Below are positions 20,548 to 31,022 of a stretch of 64,000 bases of DNA, piece after piece. The notes below the pieces were generated by a model, which ran no database searches, was not told where the DNA came from, and was given only the letters and a program-made list of their open reading frames with translations. Source of the DNA: Aureliella sp. (GTDB lineage Bacteria > Planctomycetota > Planctomycetia > Pirellulales > Pirellulaceae); NCBI GenBank assembly GCA_963691875.1, contig OY829846.1, forward strand, positions 992,001 to 1,056,000. The letters run 5' to 3'. The translations under genes and the position numbers were made by a program. Within the stretch, counting starts at the first letter, position 1. Every line of letters starts with the position of its first letter.

Positions 20548-22905
20548 TTACTCCATGTCACTGGTGTGGACAGTACTGCGATAATTCTGAAAGAATTCTC
20601 TGGCCGCTGGATGCCATTGCAAGCCTTGCCAATGAGCGGCTTGCTCTGCGGAGATGATTCCAGTTGCTGCAACCGTTTCCGGCGAAAACAGATTCCGCAA
20701 AACGGTTCTTACCAACACGGCGGGTGTATCACGGGTGGCGGCGAGATATGCCGTCGTTGTCACTGTCGGGATTCCAAGCTCAGACAGTCCACAGTCGGGG
20801 TAATGCTCTTCGGTCACCAACATTGGCTGAAATAATGTCGGCTCGCGGTGGGCTAGCTGTCGGTCGGGTAGCTGCAATAAATCGAATTCTCCGCGACTGA
20901 GCAAAGCAGCAATATCTTTCGAGCCAAGCCGAGATACTATGACCGCTGCATCAATGAGTAATTCCTCGTCAGATGGACCGTCCCAATCCTCCTTCTGTAC
21001 AGTGCTTTGTAGATCTCCTTCTTCTTTCAACGCTTGAAAGCGAAGTTCATCAAAGTAGGAATCGTCGATCATCAGTCGCCAGTCGAAAGCGACCTGCTGA
21101 ATATCCTTCAGCGAGAGATTGACGCTGGAGAGTAGTTTGCGAGCGATAGATCGATTCCCGGCCTGCGCCACACCAACGTTGACTCGTCTGCCTGCAAGCT
21201 CACTCAACGACGCGATACCTAGTCCACGGCGGACGAAGACATGCACTGTCTCGTAATAGAGCGGGGCGACCACCGCAACATTCTGAGCACCAATCGCGTC
21301 CGCTTGAAGCAGCGCAAGATCAACCTTCCCAAGTTCGAGCAAACTTCGGTTCTCCTCCGAACCGGCGGTTCGCAGAGCGACGGCGGAAGATCCAGTGTTA
21401 TCTTGCAAGCCAGTGCAGATCGACTCCGCCAGCACCTCGTAGCTGCCACCATGAGCGCCTGCTGCTACACGGATCTCACTCGGCATGAAATCTCCCCAGA
21501 TCCCCTTGGGGACAACCAACACCGCCCATGCAGCCAGCATGAGCAACAGAGCCGAGATCAAACCACGTTGGACCCAACGGTGAGCATCAGTAGGTTCGAC
21601 AACGCGATTGTCCAGCACCGCACCAAAGATTGGCACGCCAAGTAGCCAATACCAAGCTCGCCGAGCCTTAGACATTGGCCGGGCTTTAATTGGCTTGTTT
21701 TCGAGATAGCGATCTAAGTCATCTGCCAACGCTGCGGCAGAGGAATAACGTCTTTCGGGCGATTTCTGCAAGCAGACATCGATGATTGTTTCCACATCGG
21801 CACTGACACTCGATTCGACGCTCCGCGCAACTGGCGCTGGGCGATGAATCACATGCATGATCGTCTCGACAACCGAATTCGCCTTGAACGGCGGCTTGCC
21901 GGTCACAAGCGTGAACAGAATCGCACCCAGCGAATAGATATCCGTTGCATGATGCTGCTCTTCCACTTTGCCAGCAGCTTGCTCTGGCGACATGTAGCTT
22001 GGAGTTCCGAGGGCGGCGCCTTCTGCGGTTAGCCCCGAATCGTTTCCGACTGATTTTGCAAGTCCGAAGTCCGTAATGCGAACTTGATCACGATCGTCGA
22101 CAAGAATATTCGCAGGCTTGAGGTCACGGTGGAGAATTCCTTTCTCATGTGCATACTCGATCGCTCGAGCCACATCACGCACGTATCTTGCCGCAGTACG
22201 ACTATCGACCGCTCCCTCAGAAATGATTCTCGATAGGTCCGTACCGGGCACAAAGTCCATCGAAAAGTAGCTTTGACCTGCTTCCTCGCCACACTGGTAG
22301 ACCGTGACGATGTTTGGATGCTGGAGTTTCGCCGCACTTTTCGCTTCGGCATAGAACCTCCCGACCTCTTCATTGCTAGCTAGTGCACCCGAGCGAATCA
22401 TTTTGATTGCGACAGGACGGTCTAGGTTAGATTGTCGCCCTTGATAGACGACGCCCATGCCACCGCGCCCAAGCACTCTTTCCAAGACATAGTCGCCGAA
22501 CAGACAGGGCAAAACCGGTTGCGAGGACTCAATCTGGCTTAGGGTTTCTTTTTTTTTTGCGCCGTCAGGCGAGCCATCCCATGTATCGGGGTCAAGATTT
22601 TGTCGCACAGATTCCCAGTGCGGCAAAGTATCTTCCATGCGGGTCTTGTCCAATAAATCAGCGGGTCCATCTTTGGCAATGTCAGCTATCGTCGGTCCAG
22701 CTAACTCCTCAATCCAGTCCGCTGTGAAAAGGAGACCTTCCAACTGCTCGCGCAGCTCAGAATGCTGTTCCAAGAATGCCTCACGATCAGGAATAGAGCC
22801 TCCGTCACACTGCTGCATGAAGCGAGCCAGCGCTTCATCGACTTTTATTTCCTGTGGCGTTTCGCCACCGCTAGCGTTTTCGGGCTTTTCGTTCGAAGCG
22901 GACAC
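20548..22905 (-). CDS. Ser/Thr protein kinase fused to a TAXI-type solute-binding domain
   Basis: LGRGGMGVV, VAIK, HRDLKPAN, DFG, GTPSYMSPEQ, then membrane segment(s), then AG..GGSY, TAGSEEN, DLALLQAD, LYYETVHV and HPAAREFF as in TAXI receptors. Confidence 0.88.
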   Translation of the reverse strand: MSASNEKPENASGGETPQEIKVDEALARFMQQCDGGSIPDREAFLEQHSELREQLEGLLFTADWIEELAGPTIADIAKDGPADLLDKTRMEDTLPHWESVRQNLDPDTWDGSPDGAKKKETLSQIESSQPVLPCLFGDYVLERVLGRGGMGVVYQGRQSNLDRPVAIKMIRSGALASNEEVGRFYAEAKSAAKLQHPNIVTVYQCGEEAGQSYFSMDFVPGTDLSRIISEGAVDSRTAARYVRDVARAIEYAHEKGILHRDLKPANILVDDRDQVRITDFGLAKSVGNDSGLTAEGAALGTPSYMSPEQAAGKVEEQHHATDIYSLGAILFTLVTGKPPFKANSVVETIMHVIHRPAPVARSVESSVSADVETIIDVCLQKSPERRYSSAAALADDLDRYLENKPIKARPMSKARRAWYWLLGVPIFGAVLDNRVVEPTDAHRWVQRGLISALLLMLAAWAVLVVPKGIWGDFMPSEIRVAAGAHGGSYEVLAESICTGLQDNTGSSAVALRTAGSEENRSLLELGKVDLALLQADAIGAQNVAVVAPLYYETVHVFVRRGLGIASLSELAGRRVNVGVAQAGNRSIARKLLSSVNLSLKDIQQVAFDWRLMIDDSYFDELRFQALKEEGDLQSTVQKEDWDGPSDEELLIDAAVIVSRLGSKDIAALLSRGEFDLLQLPDRQLAHREPTLFQPMLVTEEHYPDCGLSELGIPTVTTTAYLAATRDTPAVLVRTVLRNLFSPETVAATGIISAEQAAHWQGLQWHPAAREFFQNYRSTVHTSDME

Positions 22906-23046
22906 TCACTCGAATCCTGAAGGCTTACTGCAACCAACATGCAAAGAAAGGGGCAGATTAGGTAGTACGTTCCCTGCCCCACCGTCGCAGTTCTATGATA
23001 ACAGATTCGCCGGGCACACCCAATTCTTGATTCTTCAGCAGTTTTT

Positions 23047-23748
23047 TCAGGCCGGCTTGCTATCAGTCTCTTGAGACTCGAGAAATGCTGCTGTGGCGGC
23101 GATTTCGATGCTATTGGGCCTAGATGCCCCCTGGCGAAAACTGCCATGGAATTGCCGACAGCAGGTGCTCGCGACAAAATCCTTGACGATTTCGCAGTCG
23201 ACGCCGGCCCCGACAAGGATATCCAGTTGCTCACCGGCCGCCTTCTGCATTGCATCCAGTTCCTGGATTCCGTCTATAGCACGGGTGGCTCCGCCAGAAG
23301 TAAGTACGCGATCGACGCCCAGGTCAATGAGCCGTGGTAGGAGCTCAAGACGCGACGGCAGCGTGTCGACGACGCGATGCAGGACTAACTCCCGCCCCGG
23401 GGAGCGTTTTCTTATTTGTTCTAGCAGACTCCAGTCGAGTTCCTCCTCATTATCGACTGCCCCAAACGCGATCCCCGCAACGCCACATTCCATCAACTGA
23501 TAGCAAGTCCGCAGCAAACAAGCTTGCTCGAGCGCCGTGTAATGAAACCCTTCAGCATGTGGCCGAAGCATCGCAACAATGGGTGCCGAAATATTGTGCA
23601 CTAGCCAACGGCATTCTTCCAAGTCCGGGGTCAGCCCGTCCAATGCCAGAGCCTGATTGAACTCTATCCGCGTAGCGCCAGCTTCGACAGCGCGTACCGC
23701 GTCGTCAACCCGATCTACACAGACTTCCAACTCCCAGGTGCGTTGCAT
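23047..23748 (-). CDS. cutC: Copper homeostasis protein CutC family
   Basis: LEVCVD, GATRIE, L..DGLTP, MLRP..GF.Y, HR..D and RVLTSGG. Confidence 0.9.
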   Translation of the reverse strand: MQRTWELEVCVDRVDDAVRAVEAGATRIEFNQALALDGLTPDLEECRWLVHNISAPIVAMLRPHAEGFHYTALEQACLLRTCYQLMECGVAGIAFGAVDNEEELDWSLLEQIRKRSPGRELVLHRVVDTLPSRLELLPRLIDLGVDRVLTSGGATRAIDGIQELDAMQKAAGEQLDILVGAGVDCEIVKDFVASTCCRQFHGSFRQGASRPNSIEIAATAAFLESQETDSKPA

Positions 23749-23753
23749 AGAAA

Positions 23754-24599
23754 TTAAGAAGAAGGGTGATCAGCAATCAGTTCGTACCACTGTTCGACGA
23801 GCCAATTTTCATGCTCGGCTGTCGCGGTAAAAGCCACATGGCGTCCAGCTACGTGAGTCTCGCTGAATGGAACGCGAAAATGATTGTCGCGAAGCAGTAG
23901 ATTACTTCGAGCAATCTTTTTGAATCCTAGCTGGTTGCATTCCCAATCCTCAAGGTGATGTTTCTCGCTCTGTTCATGGTACATCAAAACGAGACTGTTG
24001 TCGCTGGAGATTCCCTGAAGGCTTGCAGCTAAAATCGCAACACGATCCTTTATCTCTGGGTGAATCAACAACTCATGAATGAAGATAACATCCGTAATAA
24101 AGTGCTCTAAATTGAGTTCTTTACGAAACGTTGTGCCGTCGTTTCGCGTAAGCGTCCCTAGCACCTGAAGCCACGTCCCGCTACGTGCGTCGCAAATCGA
24201 TAGAACCGGATAGCCACACTCCTCTGCATACGACCAATCGAGTCTTTCAGCCCAAAGCCGCCCGACCAAGAATTCGTTCTCTGCCTCATCGGCCGTAACA
24301 CTGACCGCCGAACCGGCTCCAATATCGCTGTCAGATGGACTCTCCACAATCAGCTTTTCTTCGGAATCCGTTCGAACGCTGAAAGTAGCAACCTCATCGA
24401 ACTCGCCAGGGCACAGCATGTCAACTTGAATTGGAACAACAAAATCCAGTTCATCCTCCCGGGCAAGTGGCATTGATGATCTGATATCCAAGCGAATCAT
24501 GTCTGCAAGCAAGGTTTGTGTTGTTCGAGCATCCAACTCAAATGTTGGGTCAGCTGATAGTGAGACAAGTATGTCGAATTCGTCAGGAAGCGGCTGCAA
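23754..24599 (-). CDS. Hypothetical acidic protein (possible GNAT-like C-terminal fold)
   Basis: Long ORF 5 nt upstream of cutC in the same direction. VIFIHELLIHPE and LGFKKI are weakly GNAT-like. Confidence 0.7.
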   Translation of the reverse strand: MQPLPDEFDILVSLSADPTFELDARTTQTLLADMIRLDIRSSMPLAREDELDFVVPIQVDMLCPGEFDEVATFSVRTDSEEKLIVESPSDSDIGAGSAVSVTADEAENEFLVGRLWAERLDWSYAEECGYPVLSICDARSGTWLQVLGTLTRNDGTTFRKELNLEHFITDVIFIHELLIHPEIKDRVAILAASLQGISSDNSLVLMYHEQSEKHHLEDWECNQLGFKKIARSNLLLRDNHFRVPFSETHVAGRHVAFTATAEHENWLVEQWYELIADHPSS

Positions 24600-24799
24600 C
24601 TCGATAGGAGGAGCATCCGAGATTCTACGAGAGCAACCCTTCAGAAGTCGCCAATTTTGATGAGCAGGATCATGTTAGTCGGAGGTTTTGACGTTACCAG
24701 ACCCTCTATTGGCCTTTGGCTGCTTTCCCGCTGGAAGGATAAAGCGAACTCCTTAAACTATGCCTAAGTTGCCTGTATCACCTTGAGGATCTTGAATCG

Positions 24800-25690
24800 A
24801 TGTTGCGTCGTGATTACCTAGTTCGAACGGGAAGCTGTGCTTTGGCTGCAGCAATGATTCGCCCCTCCAAATCATTGGCCGCTTGTGCGGCGAAAGCTAA
24901 GAATGGATTGGGTCTGCAGCTCTGGACCGTTCGCAATCAGATGGAAGCCGACACGCCTGCGACTCTCAAAGCAATTGCTGACGCTGGGTACAAACAGATC
25001 GAGCTAGGACGGGTTGTTGGAAGCGAAGATGTAGTCAAGCGAGCCAAGGACCTAAACCTCGAAGTCCGCAGCTCCTTCTTCAATTGGCAAACCGTTGCCG
25101 AACCAAGCTCCAATGTCCCGAGCGTCGACGAAGTCATCGACACAGCAAAAGAGTTCGGGCTGGAATACTTAGTCTTCGGCTACATTGGCAAGTCTGCACG
25201 AGACACAGCGGACAAACTCAGAGCCATCGCAGATCGCGCAAACGCAGCAGCTGAGAAAATCGTAGCCGCGGGCATGCAGATGAGCTATCACAACCATTCA
25301 TTTGAATTTGAAAAGATAGAGGGCGGAAAGACGGGTTTCGAACTGTTTGTGGAGCGTTTTGACGAGAAACTGGTTAATTTCGAGCTTGACGTTTTTTGGG
25401 CAGCGATTGGTGGATTGGATCCAGTTGAAGCCTTGCAGAAGCTTGGATCGCGCGTTGGTCAGGTGCACTTGAAAGATTTAAAGAAAGGCGCTGGCGTAAT
25501 TTACGATGAGGGCAAAGTTCCTCACGAAGCCTTTGAAGAAGTCGGCGACGGCAGTCTGGATATGAAGGCGATCATGGAAGTCGCCGTAAAGAATGGCGTC
25601 AGACAATTCCATGTCGAGCAAGATCAATCACCAGATCCAATCGCCAGCATCAGGCAATCCGCAAAGTACACTGCGAAGAATCTCTGGTAA
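24800..25690 (+). CDS. Sugar-phosphate isomerase/epimerase (AP endonuclease 2 TIM barrel), Tat-exported
   Basis: LRRDYL twin-Arg, GLQLWTVR, YHNHSFEF, FELDVFW, HLKD and VEQD. Confidence 0.9.
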   Translation: MLRRDYLVRTGSCALAAAMIRPSKSLAACAAKAKNGLGLQLWTVRNQMEADTPATLKAIADAGYKQIELGRVVGSEDVVKRAKDLNLEVRSSFFNWQTVAEPSSNVPSVDEVIDTAKEFGLEYLVFGYIGKSARDTADKLRAIADRANAAAEKIVAAGMQMSYHNHSFEFEKIEGGKTGFELFVERFDEKLVNFELDVFWAAIGGLDPVEALQKLGSRVGQVHLKDLKKGAGVIYDEGKVPHEAFEEVGDGSLDMKAIMEVAVKNGVRQFHVEQDQSPDPIASIRQSAKYTAKNLW

Positions 25691-25715
25691 GCGATTGCAC
25701 ATCGCAAAAATGATT

Positions 25716-26636
25716 CTAGGGCAATGCAGAATGCTGAGCTTGCTCAGATTCGAAAGCGTACCAGTCAACTTGGCAATCGCTTGCACCTGTTGCTCCGTAT
25801 CTTCGGGTTACTTGCACCCGAAAACCTAAGGGACTCAGCTGCAAGATCTTTGCATTCATGTTTTCATTGCTAAGCTCGAATTCGATATCTGGTGTGGCTT
25901 GAAAAACTGGAGAGAAGCCCTGCCCCAATTCCTGCGTATCCTGCCCCGGATTGAGTCGGATCTGCATCGAACCTGAAATGGTAAGCCCGGCTTCCCCCAG
26001 ACAGCTGCTGCTGGATTGCAAAACATTCTCAGCATCAGTCTGAGATGCCATTCCGGCGCAGGCAAGCTCAAGTGATTCAGCCCCGGCGAGAGAGCGAAGT
26101 AATTGATCGTTGCCGAATGCCGACACATCAACTCCGAGCTCGGATTCTTCACGCCGAGGCTCTTTGCCGCTTTCTTCGGTTAAGGCTGAGGTGTCTGCAA
26201 GATCTTTAACCGAAGTTATCGCGATACCTGCGAGCTGCCTTCTGATTATCGCAAAATACTCGGCAAGTAGCGGAAGCTTATCGGCAAGCAGCAGTTTACG
26301 TGTGACCAGCCACTCCGCCAGTATCAGTAGACCCATACTGGGTGCTGCCTCGGAAAATGAATTCGCGCTAAACGCTACAAAACCAATCCAATTACAGCTA
26401 GCTAGACTAGCCAGAATCGCAATGGCTTGACTTTCCTCGGTAGCTCCGGCAACCCACCGCAATGGGACTCGCAACTGAACGCCGAATCCAGCGACAAGCA
26501 AACTGAAAACACACAATTGGCTTGACTCAACACCAGAAGAGGCATCCTGAGCACTAAGACTGGATAGCCAAGCAACAGCCGCTAGTCCCACCCAAATGCA
26601 GCAGATGTAGAGCCAGAGGCGAAGAGGACTTTGCAA
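25716..26636 (-). CDS. Hypothetical membrane protein
   Basis: 306-aa ORF with about four N-terminal hydrophobic helices and a soluble C-terminal domain. Confidence 0.7.
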   Translation of the reverse strand: MQSPLRLWLYICCIWVGLAAVAWLSSLSAQDASSGVESSQLCVFSLLVAGFGVQLRVPLRWVAGATEESQAIAILASLASCNWIGFVAFSANSFSEAAPSMGLLILAEWLVTRKLLLADKLPLLAEYFAIIRRQLAGIAITSVKDLADTSALTEESGKEPRREESELGVDVSAFGNDQLLRSLAGAESLELACAGMASQTDAENVLQSSSSCLGEAGLTISGSMQIRLNPGQDTQELGQGFSPVFQATPDIEFELSNENMNAKILQLSPLGFRVQVTRRYGATGASDCQVDWYAFESEQAQHSALP

Positions 26637-26970
26637 GTGGTCGCTTTCGTTCTGAATTCGAGTTTCGTGACAGACTCGGCGAAACGCTAGAGGCGAATTT
26701 TGGCGAAGTCACCGCAAGACAAATTCAAATATATCCACTGCGTAGGCTGGGTAAAACACGACTGAAACGGAATTTCTTGCAGTTGTTTCTCACAGCCCTA
26801 ATTGCAGATACCTGGCATCACCTTCGGTTTACCCATTCGTCTAGAACGACCGAAAGCCACCCCGAAACTTTCTGACATACTCTTTCATTGGGGAAGGCTA
26901 CGAAGGAAGAATTAAGATTCCAATCGCTTGTCTTCGGCCTAACGAACGCAGCAATACTTTTGAGGGCAAT

Positions 26971-27518
26971 GTGAAGGGCGGTGTTTTTTTGCGAACCGTT
27001 CGAATTCGTGGAAAGCCAGTTCGGATACGAGCTAGTGGATCGACTCATCGATCTTCGTAAACTCAAGAAAGATGGAACCTACACACGAGTCGGAACCTAA
27101 TTGTGCTCCAAGCTGCTAGTCCTCGTCACCGCCCTCAGCGAAGAAAAGGGAGTGCCTATCCCGGATCTGGTCAAAGCCTTTGGACGGCACCTGTTTGGCA
27201 AGTTCTTTGCCGACAACGAAGAAACTCTCAAATCCTATCGCGACAGTTTTGAGTTGCTGCTTGCCGTTGAGGAGATCATTCATGTCGAAATCCGCAAGCT
27301 CTGGGCCACCGAAGTGTGAACAAACTTCAAATATGAACGTCTAACCACGAAACACGTGGTCATGACCTACAACTCGAATAGACCATTCGTAGATTTTGCG
27401 AGGGTCTGATTCTCGCCTGCATCGAACACTATCAAAATCAATAATTCTACGTCGCGAAGACTTGAAAGACGATGGGACGAAAGCCAGATTCTGCCTCTCA
27501 CTCAGTAGCGACGCTTAG
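26971..27518 (+). pseudogene. H-NOX (heme NO/O2-binding) protein, decayed
   Basis: VKGGVF(fs)...FVESQFG...GTYTRVGT*...LVKAFGRHLF...IHVEIRKL...MTYNSNRPF(fs)EGLILACIEHY. The proximal His and the YxSxR heme motif are visible among stops and frameshifts. Confidence 0.85.
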
Positions 27519-27558
27519 CTCGCAGTATTTCCCTAAGCTCTTGCGGTACGACGAATCG

Positions 27559-28228
27559 ATGGAGCCAACACCTGCATCTCCCTATCATTATTTCAACAGG
27601 CACCACCGATAACGGAAGAAATCTGGAAACGTCACCTCGACCGTGAACGCACAGCTCGAACACAGGCGGAATCGTTGTTGGCATCCCAAAGCCGCGAACT
27701 GTATTCTGCGAATCGGATGCTCAGTCAGATAGCTGATGCTTGACGCTATGAAAACGAAAAGAACCACGCGATTCTCGATAACGCTGCAGAAGGCATTGTG
27801 ACATACGACTCGAAAGGAAAGATCTCAACCTTCCACCCAGCCGCAGAGAAGATCTTTTGGATAGCTTCATAATTTGCGGTCGAGAAACGATTCGATTCGT
27901 CGTTCCAGGACTTCATGGTCAGTGAAACATTTGATCTTGAAGAATACCTGGACCAAGAAAATCTGGAAGTAAAGGCCACGCATGCAAAGGGGCAGTCTCG
28001 TATTCTAAGTGTCGGGCTGAGACGGATAAAGCTATGTCCTTTATTGCGGTTATCCACGACCGCACTAAGAAATGCGTCCTGGAATCACAACTCGCTGAGG
28101 CTCAAAAGATGGAATCGGTTGGACAGCCCGCTGTGGGGATAGCGCACGAGATCACCATTGAGATTCCATTGACTCCCAAAACAACTGAGGTGCAGGATGC
28201 ATGCGAAGAAACAAGTTCTATTTGTTGA
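27559..28228 (+). pseudogene. H-NOX-associated PAS histidine kinase, decayed and internally deleted
   Basis: WKRHLDRERTARTQAESLLASQSRELYSAN coil, PAS start AILDNAAEGIV, and H-box LAEAQKMESVGQPAVGIAHEI joined directly to terminal TIEIPL. Confidence 0.8.
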
Positions 28229-29271
28229 TGACGAGAAGAACATCCTTGCTGCGCTGCGGTGGCTTTTGCGAAGTCAGCCTAACTCACGGTAGCTCTTCTT
28301 TGCCAACGGAGGTGAAGAAGCACTTGAGAGTCTGGCTGAGAATGCGATAGATGTGATCGTTTCCGACATGCGCATGCCTTAGATCGATGGAGCTGCACTG
28401 CTCAGCCAAGTTTCATAATCCTAACCTCACATTATGGGCGTCACCCGTTCAGGACATGCCACAAAAGCAAGTTGCCACGGCGCATCAATTCTTGTCCAAG
28501 CCTTGCCAATACAACAAGTTGATGGGTTCCATCCAAGCCGCCATCTACTTGCAGGATTCCATCTCTAGTCCTTAACTGAGAAAAGCAGTTTCGGCGGTTC
28601 GCCGTGTACCGAGTCCGTTAAGCAATATCGAACGCTTAAAAGCACTCAGAATAGACTCTGACGACTTCATGCAGCAGCTTCGCGAGTTGTGTACGTAAGA
28701 CATCAGGATTGCCCGCAAGCTATTACATCCTTGCAATGGCTCGTTCTTTGGTCGCTCCAATCCAGCAAGCTCCATTCAGAATGCGGTCGAACGCATCCGA
28801 TGAGACCTATTGCTCTACTTAATTCAGGCAGGAGTTTTCAGGTCAAGCGAGAACCCAAGTTTCGATTGCTTTCTCACCGGTCTAAATGAGCATAGCGTCG
28901 AGGTGGCTCGAAATACCCAGTCGGCAGCAGTCAATTCAGACTTTGCCGACCTCTGCTAGGCTGGCGGTTCGCTACGCGATGTTGGCAAAATCGTGTTCGC
29001 TCTTCACTGGTTAGAAAAGAACCTGGATTTGATCGAATCAGCAGCAGACTTTGACGATGCTCTGGGCGCGTCGGAGCAAAAGAATTCTGGTGTTTATCAC
29101 CGAGAGGCAGGACGTTTTCTCCTTGAACTCTGGCGACTGAATGGAAACGTGGTGAACTGCGTAGGCGATCCACTCGATGAGAAAGTAGAGAGCCCACAAG
29201 TCGTGTGTCATCCACCGAAACGCCTACCAAATCTGTTGACCACGGCGGCAAAGTCACATGTTCATTCTTAG
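28201..29271 (+). pseudogene. Response regulator with HDOD output domain, decayed
   Basis: VLFVDDEKNIL...DVIVSDMRMP*IDGAALL...AHQFLSKPC, followed later by HDOD-like HREAGRFLLELWRL...VV. Confidence 0.75.
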
Positions 29272-30461
29272 TGTTCCACAGCTTGTTCTTGGAAATGACT
29301 TGTTTGCATTGCTTGCCTATAAAGCTGCAAAAAGTTTTCGGCAGTCATCGCACGAGGATTGAATGTGCCTGTCCATTGTTTGGTCGCGTCCTCGGCCAAT
29401 TGCGGCAGACTGTCCTCCGGAACTTGCAGTTGCTCTAGAGAAGTGTAAAGACCACAAGCAGCTACTAGGTGATTGATGAACTTCGCCAGTGACAGAGAGG
29501 CATTGCCAGACTCAAACTTTGAAGCTGCCTCATTTCTCGAGACCTCGTGCCAAAGCTCGCTGTACCAAGTTTCATAGTGTTCTCCGTTGAAGGCGATGAC
29601 ATGCGGCAACATGAGTCCAACTGCCTGACCGTGCGTCGTACCAAATCGCGCGGTCAGTGGATTTGCCAGTGCATGAGCTGCTCCAAGCATGCTTGTTTCA
29701 ATAGCTAAACCAGCGAAGAAAGCCCCCAGTTGCATCTGACCACGAGAGTCCAGATCGGCAGGAGAAGCGAGAACTCTCGGCAGGCCAGCTCCAAGTAGCT
29801 GCCAAGCTTGTCGACTGTAGCAAACGCTAAGTGGATTTCGCTTTTTGGTCACGTAAGACTCGACCGCATGTGAAACAGCGTCGATACCAGTCAGTGCCGT
29901 GACTTTCGCTGGCTGAGTCAGTGTCAGCGTTGGATCCAAGATCGCGACTCGGCAAGCTGCCTTCTTGTCGCCACAAGCCATTTTCACGTGAGTTTCGGCT
30001 TGACTTATCAAGGCAAACGACTGGGCTTCGCTTCCCGTTCCAGCAGTGGTCGGCACGGCAATCATCGGCAGCATTTCTGAGGTCGCTTTGCCAACGCCCC
30101 AGTAGTCTTCCATCTTGCCACCACAAGAATAAACGAAGTTAATTCCTTTTGCACAGTCCATTGAGCTGCCACCGCCGAGCCCAATGATGACTTCAGGTTG
30201 AAACCGCTCTGCAACCTGCAAACCAGCCTCGACCTCGGCTGTTGTAGGATTTTCGCAGACCCCGTGAAAAGCCTCAACGGTCACTCCTGCGTGCTCGAGC
30301 GCTCGGACGCCGCGAGAAAAGTGTCCTGCACCGACTACCCCCTCATCGCTAACGACGAGAGCCCGCCCCGCGCCCTGCTCTCTGGTCAGCTCCCCGAGCT
30401 GCTCGATTCGATCTGGCCCGAACACGAGCCGAGTCCGATGTTGATAATCGATATTTTCCAT
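29268..30461 (-). CDS. Iron-containing alcohol dehydrogenase
   Basis: ENPT, GLGGGSSMD, VPTTAGTGSE, DAVSHAVES, GAAHALA and HG.AV. Confidence 0.95.
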   Translation of the reverse strand: MENIDYQHRTRLVFGPDRIEQLGELTREQGAGRALVVSDEGVVGAGHFSRGVRALEHAGVTVEAFHGVCENPTTAEVEAGLQVAERFQPEVIIGLGGGSSMDCAKGINFVYSCGGKMEDYWGVGKATSEMLPMIAVPTTAGTGSEAQSFALISQAETHVKMACGDKKAACRVAILDPTLTLTQPAKVTALTGIDAVSHAVESYVTKKRNPLSVCYSRQAWQLLGAGLPRVLASPADLDSRGQMQLGAFFAGLAIETSMLGAAHALANPLTARFGTTHGQAVGLMLPHVIAFNGEHYETWYSELWHEVSRNEAASKFESGNASLSLAKFINHLVAACGLYTSLEQLQVPEDSLPQLAEDATKQWTGTFNPRAMTAENFLQLYRQAMQTSHFQEQAVEH

Positions 30462-31022
30462 TTCGATCCTAAGGCGAAAGGCAAGCCAGAATCGGCTACC
30501 CTAACTTCGTTTTCAAGAAGTATTCCCCCGCGTGAATACTCCTTCCATTGGTCGACGCCCTTCTGTCGGTCGTCCAAGGTGCGCGGTCCCGAAACTTTAC
30601 TAAGCCTGCGGACAATTTAGCCGTGCCTACGGTAGTTTATCGAGCGATGGCAACAGCAAACTTGCGTTCACCTGCGAATCCATTGTCATCTCGCCGCCAG
30701 TTGATCCGTTATTATCCAGCCACATTTTAGTGGCCAAGCAACCATTGAGACATTGGGGCGATCAGCTGGAGAAAAGGTAAGATACGCTGATCCATCGGCT
30801 TTTTAGGGACAAACCGCCTGACAATCCGAAGCTTGCCAGGGAAACTCAACAGCTGCGCGCGATACAAACAACCGTTCCTACGAACTCTGGTCAACAATTT
30901 ACGGCTACCCTGCGGGTCCTACACCAATCCTTGTTCGGAGGTAAAATCCAGCCTTTCAACTTTGATTGAGCTCATGAGCACCGCGAGAGCTCTAGGGCCG
31001 AATTCGATTTAGGGCGAAAAGC

